From the NCBI GenBank assembly GCA_043228905.1, contig JBHGNT010000606.1, positions 1-19,423 of the forward strand: 19,423 nt of DNA. Direction: 5' to 3'. Source of the DNA: Azolla caroliniana. Taxonomy: Eukaryota > Plantae > Polypodiophyta. Below the pieces are notes generated by a model that worked only from the letters and a program-made list of their open reading frames with translations, had not been told where the DNA came from and made no database searches. A program made the position numbers and the translations under genes. Within the stretch, counting starts at the first letter, position 1. Every line of letters starts with the position of its first letter. Below are positions 1 to 10,570 of this stretch, in pieces.

Positions 1-551
1 ATATCGTATTAAAAAATCAAGATTTTGAAACTCAGGTCGAGAGATATGAAGAAATTAGCAAACTTGAGGAGGGAGTTGAGAGGAGCCCTTGAGTAAATTA
101 AAATGTTCATACCTGGCTCGTGTGATATCGTATTTGTGTGTTCAAACATGCGAATCGAAGCTAACAACGTTAGCTATTATATGGTATTAAAAAATCAAGA
201 TTTTGAAACTCAAGTTGAGAGATATGAAGAAATTAGCAAACTTGAGGAGGGAGTTGAGAGGAGCCCTTGAGTAAATTAAAATGTTCATACCTGGCTCGTG
301 TGATATCGGATTTGTGTGTTCAAACATGCGAATCAAAGCTAACAACGCTAGCTATTATATGGAACTAGAAAATCAAGATTTTGATACTCAGGTCGAGAGA
401 CATGACGAAATTAGCAATCTTGAGGAGGGAGTTGAGAGGAGCCCTTGAGTAAATTAAAATGTTCATACCTGGCTCGTGTGATATCGGATTTTCGTGTTCA
501 AACATTCGTATCGAAGCTAACAACTCTAGCTATTATATAGAACTAAAAAAT

Positions 552-646
552 CAAGATTTTGAAACTCAGGTCGAGAGATATGAAGAAATTAGCAAACTTG
601 AGGAGGGAGTTGAGAGGAGCCCTTGAGTAAATTAAAATGTTCATAC
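552..646. repeat. Truncated 95-bp monomer (83-bp internal deletion), copy 1
   Basis: TTCATACC is joined directly to AAGATTTTG; anchor spacing 552 to 647 is 95. Confidence 0.95.
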
Positions 647-3600
647 CAAGATTTTGAAACTAAGGTCGAGAGACATGACGAAATTACCAAATTTGAGGAG
701 GGGGTTGAGAGGAGCCCTTGAGTAAATTAAAATGTTCATACCTGGCTCGTGTGATATCGGATTTTTGTGTTCAAACATACGTATCGAAGCTAACAACGCT
801 AGCTATTATATGGAACTAAAAAATCAAGATTTTGAAACTCAGGTCGAGAGACATGACGAAATTACCAAATTTGAGGAGGGAGTTGAGAGGAGCCCTTGAG
901 TAAATTAAAATGTTCATACCTGGCTCGTGTGATATCGGATTTTTGTGTTCAAACATGCGAATCGAAGCTAACAACGCTAGCTATTATATGGAACTAAAAA
1001 ATTAAGATTTTGAAACTCAGGTCGAGAGATATGAAGAAATTAGCAAACTTGAGGAGGGAGTTGAGAGGAGCCCTTGAGTAAATTAAAATGTTCATACCTG
1101 GCTCGTGTGATATCGGATTTGTGTGTTCAAACATGCGAATCGAAGCTAACAACGCTAGCTATTATATGGAACTAGAAAATCAAGATTTTGATACTCAGGT
1201 CGAGAGATATGAAGAAATTAGCAAACTTGAGGAGGGAGTTGAGAGGAGCCCTTGAGTAAATTAAAATGTTCATACCTGGCTCGTGTGATATCGGATTTTT
1301 GTGTTCAAACATGCGAATCGAAGCTAACAACGCTAGCTATTATATGGTATTAAAAAATCAAGATTTTGAAACTCAGGTCGAGAGATATGAAGAAATTAGC
1401 AAACTTGAGGAGGGAGTTGAGAGGAGCCCTTGAGTAAATTAAAATGTTCATACCTGGCTCGTGTGATATCGGATTTGTGTGTTCAAACATGCGAATCGAA
1501 GCTAACAACGCTAGCTATTATATGGAACTAGAAAATCAAGATTTTGATACTCAGGTCGAGAGATATGAAGAAATTAGCAAACTTGAGGAGGGAGTTGAGA
1601 GGAGCGCTTCAGTAAATTAAAATGTTCATACCTTGCTCGTGTGATATCGGATTTTTTTGTTCAAACATGCGAATCGAAGCTAACAACGCGAGCTATTATA
1701 TGGAACTAGAAAATCAAGATTTTGAAACTCAGGTCGAGAGATATGAAGAAATTAGCAAACTTGAGGAGGGAGTTGAGAGGAGCCCTTGAGTAAATTAAAA
1801 TGTTCATACCTGGCTCGTGTGATATCGGATTTTTGTGTTCAAACATGCGAATCGAATCTAACAACGCTAGCTATTATATGGAAGTAAAAAATTAAGATTT
1901 TGAAACTCAGGTCGAGAGATATGAAGAAATTAGCAAACTTGAGGAGGGAGTTGAGAGGAGCCCTTGAGTAAATTAAAATGTTCATACCTGGCTCGTGTGA
2001 TATCGGATTTGTGTGTTCAAACATGCGAATCGAAGCTAACAACGCTAGCTATTATATGGAACTAGAAAATCAAGATTTTGATACTCAGGTCGAGAGATAT
2101 GAAGAAATTAGCAAACTTGAGGAGGGAGTTGAGAGGAGCCCTTGAGTAAATTAAAATGTTCATACCTGGCTCGTGTGATATCGGATTTTTGTGTTCAAAC
2201 ATGCGAATCGAAGCTAACAACGCTAGCTATTATATGGTATTAAAAAATCAAGATTTTGAAACTCAGGTCGAGAGATATGAAGAAATTAGCAAACTTGAGG
2301 AGGGAGTTGAGAGGAGCCCTTGAGTAAATTAAAATGTTCATACCTGGCTCGTGTGATATCGGATTTGTGTGTTCAAACATGCGAATCGAAGCTAACAACG
2401 CTAGCTATTATATGGAACTAGGAAATCAAGATTTTGAAACTCCGGTCGAAAGATATGAAGAAATTAGCAATCTTGAGGAGGGAGTTGAGAGGAGCCCTTG
2501 AGTAAATTAAAATGTTCATACCTGGCTCGTGTGATATCGGATTTTTGTGTTCAAACATGCGAATCGTAGCTAACTACGCTAGCTATTATATGGTATTAAG
2601 AAATCAAGATTTTGAAACTCAGGTCGAGAGACATGAAGAAATTAGCAATCTTGAGGAGGGAGTTGAGAGGAGCCCTTGAGTAAATTAAAATGTTCATACC
2701 TGGCTCGTGTGATATCGGATTTGTGTGTTCAAACATGCGAATCGAAGCTAACAACGCTAGCTATTATATAGAACTAGGAAATCAAGATTTTGAAACTCAG
2801 GTCGAGAGATATGAAGAAATTAGCAATCTTGAGGAGGGAGTTGAGAGGAGCCCTTGAGTAAATTAAAATGTTTATACCTGGGTCGTGTGATATCGGATAT
2901 GTGTGTTCAAACATTCGTATCGAAGCTAACAACGCTAGCTATTATATGGAACTAGAAAATCAAGATTTTGAAACTCAGGTAGAGAGATATGAAGAAATTA
3001 GCAAACTTGAGGAGGGAGTTGAGAGGCGCCCTTGAGTAAATTAAAATGTTCATACCGGGCTCGTGTGATATCGGATTTTTGTGTTCAAACATACGTATCG
3101 AAGCTAACAACGCTAGCTATTATATGGAACTAAAAAATCAAGATTTTGAAACTCAGGTCGAGAGATATGAAGAAATTAGCAATCTTGAGGAGGGAGTTAA
3201 GAGGAGCCCTTGAGTAAATTAAAATGTTCATACCTGGCTCGTGTGATATCGGATTTTTGTGTTCAAACATGCGAATCGAAGCTAACAATGCTAGCTATTA
3301 TATGGAACTAAAAAATCAAGATTTTGAAACTCAGGTCGAGAGATATGAAGAAATTAGCAAACTTGAGGAGGGAGTTGAGAGGAGCCCTTGAGTAAATTAA
3401 AATGTTCATACCTGGCTCGTGTGATATCGGATTTGTGTGTTCAAACATGCGAATCAAAGCTAACAACGCTAGCTATTATATGGAACTAGAAAATCAAGAT
3501 TTTGATACTCAGGTCGAGAGACATGACGAAATTAGCAATCTTGAGGAGGGAGTTGAGAGGAGCCCTTGAGTAAATTAAAATGTTCATACCTGGCTCGTGT

Positions 3601-3672
3601 GATATCGGATTTTCGTGTTCAAACATTCGTATCAAAGCTAACAACTCTAGCTATTATATAGAACTAAAAAAT

Positions 3673-3767
3673 CAAGATTTTGAAACTCAGGTCGAGAGAT
3701 ATGAAGAAATTAGCAAACTTGAGGAGGGAGTTAAGAGGAGCCCTTGAGTAAATTAAAATGTTCATAC
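3673..3767. repeat. Truncated 95-bp monomer, copy 2
   Basis: Same junction TTCATACCAAGATTTTGAAACTAAGG; anchor spacing 3673 to 3768. Confidence 0.95.
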
Positions 3768-4123
3768 CAAGATTTTGAAACTAAGGTCGAGAGACATGAC
3801 GAAATTACCAAATTTGAGGAGGGGGTTGAGAGGAGCCCTTGAGTAAATTAAAATGTTCATACCTGGCTCGTATGATATCGGATTTTTGTGTTCAAACCTG
3901 CGAATCGAAGCTAACAACACTAGCTATTATATGGTATTAAAAAATAAAGATTTTGAATCTCAGGTCGAGAGACATGAAGAAATTAGCAATCTTGAGGAGG
4001 GAGTTGAGAGGAGCCCTTGAGTAAATTAAAATGTTCATACCTGGCTCGTGTGATATCGGATTTGTATGTTCAAACATGCGAATCGAAGCTAAGAACGCTA
4101 GCTATTATATGGAACTAGGAAAT

Positions 4124-4218
4124 CAAGATTTTGAAACTCAGGTCGAGAGATATGAAGAAATTAGCAATCTTGAGGAGGGAGTTGAGAGGAGCCCTTGAGT
4201 AAATTAAAATGTTCATAC
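4124..4218. repeat. Truncated 95-bp monomer, copy 3
   Basis: Same junction; anchor spacing 4124 to 4219. Confidence 0.95.
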
Positions 4219-6619
4219 CAAGATTTTGAAACTAAGGTCGAGAGACATGACGAAATTACCAAATTTGAGGAGGGGGTTGAGAGGAGCCCTTGAGTAAATT
4301 AAAATGTTCATACCTGGCTCGTGTGATATCGGATTTTTGTGTTCAAACATACGTATCGAAGCTAACAACGCTAGCTATTATATGGAACTAAAAAATCAAG
4401 ATTTTGAAACTCAGGTCGAGAGACATGACGAAATTACCAAATTTGAGGAGGGAGTTGAGAGGAGCCCTTGAGTAAATTAAAATGTTCATACCTGGCTCGT
4501 GTGATATCGGATTTTTGTGTTCAAACATGCGAATCGAAGCTAACAACGCTAGCTATTATATGGAACTAAAAAATCAAGATTTTGAAACTCAGGTCGAGAG
4601 ATATGAAGAAATTAGCAAACTTGAGGAGGGAGTTGAGAGGAGCCCTTGAGTAAATTAAAATGTTCATACCTGGCTCGTGTGATATCGGATTTGTGTGTTC
4701 AAACATGCGAATCGAAGCTAACAACGCTAGCTATTATATGGAACTAGAAAATCAAGATTTTGATACTCAGGTCGAGAGATATGAAGAAATTAGCAAACTT
4801 GAGGAGGGAGTTGAGAGGAGCCCTTGAGTAAATTAAAATGTTCATACCTCGCTCGTGTGATATCGGATTTTTTTGTTCAAACATGCGAATCGAAGCTAAC
4901 AACGCGAGCTATTATATGGAACTAGAAAATCAAGATTTTGAAACTCAGGTCGAGAGATATGAAGAAATTAGCAATCTTGAGGAGGGAGTTGAGAGGAGCC
5001 CTTCAGTAAATTAAAATGTTCATACCTGGCTCGTGTGATATCGGATTTTTGTGTTCAAACATGCGAATCGAAGCTAACAACGCTAGCTATTATATGGAAC
5101 TAGGAAATCAAGATTTTGAAACTCAGGTCGAAAGATATGAAGAAATTAGCAATCTTGAGGAGGGAGTTGAGAGGAGCCCTTGAGTAAATTAAAATGTTCA
5201 TACCTGGCTCGTGTAATATCGGATTTTTGTGTTCAAACATGCGAATCGTAGCTAACTACGCTAGCTATTATATGGTATTAAGAAATCAAGATTTTGAAAC
5301 TCAGGTCGAGAGACATGAAGAAATTAGCAATCTTGAGGAGGGAGTTGAGAGGAGCCCTTGAGTAAATTAAAATGTTCATACCTGGCTCGTGTGATATCGG
5401 ATTTGTGTGTTCAAACATGCGAATCGAAGCTAACAACGCTAGCTATTATATAGAACTAGGAAATCAAGATTTTGAAACTCAGGTCGAGAGATATGAAGAA
5501 ATTAGCAATCTTGAGGAGGGAGTTGAGAGGAGCCCTTGAGTAAATTAAAATGTTCATACCTGGTTCGTGTGATAACGGATTTTTGTGTTCAGACATGCGA
5601 AAGGAAGCTAACAACGCTAGCTATTATATGGAACTAAAAATTCAAGATTTTGAAACTGAGGTCGAGAGATATGAAGAAACTAGCAATCTTGAGGAGGGAG
5701 TTGAGAGGAGCCCTTGAGTAAATTAAAATGTTCATACCTGGCTCGTGTGATATCGGATTTGTGTGTTCAAACATGCGAATCGAAGCTAACAACGCTAGCT
5801 ATTATATGGAACTAGAAAATCAAGATTTTGAAACTCAGGTAGAGAGATATGAAGAAATTAGCAAACTTGAGGAGGGAGTTGAGAGGCGCCCTTGAGTAAA
5901 TTAAAATGTTCATACCTGGCTCGTGTGATATCGGATTTTGTGTTCAAACCTGCGAATCGATGCTAACAACGCTAGCTATTATATGGTATTAAAAAATAAA
6001 GATTTTGAATCTCAGGTCGAGAGACATGAAGAAATTAGCAATCTTGAGGAGGGAGTTGAGAGGAGCCCTTGACTAAATTAAAATGTTCATACCTGGCTCG
6101 TGTGATATCGGATTTGTGTGTTCAAAGATGCGAATCGAAGCTAAGAACGCTAGCTATTATATGGAACTAAAAAATCAAGATTTTGAAACTCAGGTCGAGA
6201 GACATGACGAAATTACCAAATTTGAGGAGGGAGTTGAGAGGAGCCCTTGAGTAAATTAAAATGTTCATACCTGGCTCGTATGATATCGGATTTTTGTGTT
6301 CAAACCTGCGAATCGAAGCTAACAACACTAGCTATTATATGGTATTAAAAAATAAAGATTTTGAATCTCAGGTCGAGAGACATGAAGAAATTAGCAATCT
6401 TGAGGAGGGAGTTGAGAGGAGCCCTTGAGTAAATTAAAATGTTCATACCTGGCTCGTGTGATATCGGATTTGTGTGTTCAAACATGCGAATCGAAGCTAA
6501 GAACGCTAGCTATTATATGGAACTAGGAAATCAAGATTTTGAAACTCAGGTCGAAAGATATGAAGAAATTAGCAATCTTGAGGAGGGAGTTGAGAGGAGC
6601 CCTTGAGTAAATTAAAATG

Positions 6620-8900
6620 TTCATACCTGGCGAGTGTGATATCGGATTTTTGTGTTCAAACATTCGTATCGAAGCTAAGAACGCTAGCTATTATATGGAA
6701 CTAAAAAACCAAGATTTTGAAACTCAGATCGAGAGACATGACGAAATTACCAAATTTGAGGAGGGAGTTGAGAGGAGCCCTTGAGTAAATTAAAATGTTC
6801 ATATCTGGCTCGTATGATATCGGATTTTTGTGTTCAAACCTGCGAATCGAAGCTAACAACACTAGCTATTATATGGTATTAGAAAATCAAGATTTTGAAA
6901 CTCAGGTCGAGAGATATGAAGAAATTAGCAATCTTCAGGAGGGAGTTGAGAGGAGTCCTTAAGTAAATTAAAATGTTTATACCTAGGTCGTGTGATATCG
7001 GATTTGTGTGTTCAAACATTCCTATCGAAGCTAACAACGCTAGCTATTATATGGAACTAAATAATCAAGATTTTGAAACTCAGGTCGAGAGATATGAAGA
7101 AATTACCAAATTTGAGGAGGGAGTTGAGCGGAGCCCTTGAGTAAATTAAAATGTTCATACCTGGCTTGTGTGATATCGGATTTTTGTGTTTAAACATTCG
7201 TATCGAAGCTAACAACGCTAGCTATTATATGGTATTAAAAAATCAAGATTTTGAAACTCAGGTCGAGAGACATGACGAAATTACCAAATTTGAGGAGGGA
7301 GTTGAGAGGAGCCCTTGAGTAAATTAAAATGTTCATACCTGGCTCGTGTGATATCGGATTTTTGTGTTCAAACATTCGTATCGAAGCTAACAACGCTAGC
7401 TATTATATGGAACTAAAAAATCAAGATTTTGAAACTCAGGTCGAGAGACATGACGAAATTACCAAATTTGAGGAGGGAGTTGAGAGGAGCCCTTGAGTAA
7501 ATTAAAATGTTCATACCTGGCTCGTGTGATATCGGATTTTTGTGTTCAAACATTCGTATCGATGCTAACAACGCTAGCTATTATATGGAACTAAAAAATC
7601 AAGATTTTGAAACTCAGGTCGAGAGACATGACGAAATTACCAAATTTGAGGAGGGAGTTGAGAGGAGCCCTTGAGTAAATTAAAATGTTCATACCTGGCT
7701 CGTGTGATATCGGATTTTTGTGTTCAAACATTCGTATCGAAGCTAACAACGCTAGCTATTATATGGAACTAAATAATCAAGATTTTGAAACTCAGGTCGA
7801 GAGATATGAAGAAATTACCAAATTTGAGGAGGGAGTTGAGAGGAGCCCTTGAGTAAATTAAAATGTTCATACCTGGCTCGTGTGATATCGGATTTCTGTG
7901 TTCAAACATACGTATCGAAGCTAACAACGCTAGCTATTATATGGAACTAAATAATCAAGATTTTCAAACTCAGGTCGAGAGACATGACGAAATTACCAAA
8001 TTTGAGGAGGGAGTTGAGAGGAGCCCTTGAGTAAATTAAAATGTTCATACCTGGCTCGTGTGATATCGGATTTGTGTGTTCAAACATTCGTATCGAAGCT
8101 AACAACACTAGCTATTATATGGAACTAGGAAATCAAGATTTTGAAACTCATGTCGAAAGATATGAAGAAATTAGCAATCTTGAGGGGGGAGTTGAGAGGA
8201 GCCCTTGAGTAAATTAAAATGTTCATACCTGTCTCGTGTGATATCGGATTTTTGTGTTCAAACATTCCTATCGAAGCTAACAACGCTAGCTATTATATGG
8301 AACTAGAAAATCAAGATTTTGAAACTCAGGTCGAGAGACATGAAGAAATTAGCAATCTTGAGGAGGGAGTTGAGAGGAGCCCTTGAGTAAATTAAAATGT
8401 TTATACCGGGGTCGTGTGATATCGGATATGTGTGTTCAAACATTCGTATCGAAGGTAACAACGCTAGCTATTAAATGGAACTAAATAATCAAGATTTTGA
8501 AACTAAGGTCGAGAGATATGAAGAAATTACCAAATTTGAGGAGGGAGTTGAGAGGAGCCCTTGAGTAAATTAAAATGTTTATACCTGGGTCATGTGATAT
8601 CGGATATGTGTGTTCAAACATTCGTATCGAAGCTAACAACGCTAGCTATTAAATGGAACTAAATAATCAAGATTTTGAAACTAAGGTCGAGAGACATGAC
8701 GAAATTACCAAATTTGAGGAGGGAGTTGAGAGGAGCCCTTGAGTAAATTAAAATGTTCATACCTGGCTCGTGTGATATCGGATTTTTGTGTTTAAACATT
8801 CGTATCGATGCTAACAACGCTAGCTATTATATGGTATTAAAAAATCAAGATTTTGAAACTCAGGTCGAGAGACATGACGAAATTACCAAATTTGAGGAGG
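6620..8900. repeat. Subdomain enriched for the CATTCGTATCG and CATGACGAAATTACCAAATTT monomer haplotype; boundaries approximate
   Basis: Nearly every monomer carries CATTC(G/C)TATCG or CATACGTATCG instead of CATGCGAATCG, and most carry TTACCAAATTT; near-identical adjacent monomers at ~7250-7760. Confidence 0.75.
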
Positions 8901-9022
8901 GAGTTGAGAGGAGCCCTTGAGTAAATTAAAATGTTCATACCTGGCTCGTGTGATATTGGGTTTTATGTTCAAACATACGTATCGAAGCTAACAACGCTAG
9001 TTATTATATGGAACTAGAAAAT

Positions 9023-9262
9023 CAAGATTTTGAAACTCAGGTCGAGAGACATGACGAAATTACCAAATTTGAGGAGGGAGTTGAGAGGAGCCCTTGAGTA
9101 AATTAAAATGTTCATACCTGGCGAGTGTGATATCGGATTTATGTGTTCAAACATTCGTATCGGATTTATGTGTTTATACCTGGGTCATGTGATATCGGAT
9201 ATGTGTGTTCAAACATTCGTATCGAAGCTAACAACGCTAGCTATTAAATGGAACTAAATAAT
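9023..9262. repeat. Extended 240-bp rearranged monomer, copy 1
   Basis: Anchor spacing 9023 to 9263 is 240; contains TATCGGATTTATGTGTT twice (9131-9147, 9158-9174) followed by a second TATACCTGG...TATCG segment. Confidence 0.95.
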
Positions 9263-10330
9263 CAAGATTTTGAAACTCAGGTCGAGAGATATGAAGAAAT
9301 TAGCAATCTTGAGGAGGGAGTTGAGAGGAGCCCTTGAGTAAATTAAAATGTTCAGACCTGGCTCGTGTGATATCGGATTTGTGTGTTCAAACATGCGAAT
9401 CGAAGCTAACAACGCTAGCTATTATATGGAACTAGAAAATCAAGATTTTGAAACTCAGGTCGAAAGATATGAAGAAATTAGCAACCTTGAGGAGGGAGTT
9501 GAGAGGAGCCCTTGAGTAAATTAAAATGTTCATACCTGGCTCGTGTAATATCGGATTTTTGTGTTCAAACATGCGAATCGTAGCTAACCACGCTAGCTAT
9601 GACATGGTATTAAAAAATCAAGATTTTGAAACTCAGGTCGAGAGACATGAAGAAATTAGCAATCTTGAGGAGGGAGTTGAGAGGAGCCCTTGAGTAAATT
9701 AAAATGTTCATACCTGGCTCGTGTGATATCGTATTTTTGTGTTCAAACATTCCTATCGAATCTAACAACGCTAGCTATTATATGGAACTAGAAAATCGAG
9801 ATTTTGAAACTCAGGTCGAGAGACATGAAGAAATTAGCAATCTTGAGGAGGGAGTTGAGAGGAGCCCTTGAGTAAATTAAAATGTTCATACCTGGCTCGT
9901 GTGATATCGGATTTTTGTGTTCAAACATGCGAATCGAAGCTAACAACGCTTGCTATTATATGGTATTAAAAAATCAAGATTTTGAAACTCAGGTCGAGAG
10001 ATATGAAGAAATTAGCAAACTTGAGGAGGGAGTTGAGAGGAGCCCTTGAGTAAATTAAAATGTTCATACCTGGCTCGTGTGATATCGGATTTGTGTGTTC
10101 AAACATTCGTATCGATGCTAACAACGCTAGCTATTATATGGTATTAAAAAATCAAGATTTTGAAACTCAGGTCGAGAGACATGACGAAATTACCAAATTT
10201 GAGGAGGGAGTTGAGAGGAGCCCTTGAGTAAATTAAAATGTTCATACCTGGCTCGTGTGATATTGGGTTTTTATGTTCAAACATACGTATCGAAGCTAAC
10301 AACGCTAGTTATTATATGGAACTAGAAAAT

Positions 10331-10570
10331 CAAGATTTTGAAACTCAGGTCGAGAGACATGACGAAATTACCAAATTTGAGGAGGGAGTTGAGAGGAGCC
10401 CTTGAGTAAATTAAAATGTTCATACCTGGCGAGTGTGATATCGGATTTATGTGTTCAAACATTCGTATCGGATTTATGTGTTTATACCTGGGTCATGTGA
10501 TATCGGATATGTGTGTTCAAACATTCGTATCGAAGCTAACAACGCTAGCTATTAAATGGAACTAAATAAT
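10331..10570. repeat. Extended 240-bp rearranged monomer, copy 2
   Basis: Identical junction 1308 bp downstream of copy 1 (10439-10482). Confidence 0.95.

Noticed and set aside
66-86. Purine-rich GAGGAGGGAGTTGAGAGGAG as Shine-Dalgarno site, retroelement polypurine tract, G-quadruplex or H-DNA
   Set aside because: No downstream gene or LTR, only one GGG run, and an imperfect mirror symmetry; none of these can be supported.
1-178. Identification as Arabidopsis CEN178/CEN180, alpha satellite, or a 5S rDNA/tRNA array
   Set aside because: Only the length is similar; I recognise no diagnostic sequence, CENP-B box or RNA gene structure. A database search is needed.
1839-2042. Minus-strand 67-aa ORF (and similar at 16210-16395)
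   Set aside because: Chance read-through caused by single substitutions in satellite monomers.
5930-8970. Single-base deletions in T runs (~5938 and ~8960)
   Set aside because: Singletons in homopolymers that could be sequencing errors; used only for length accounting.
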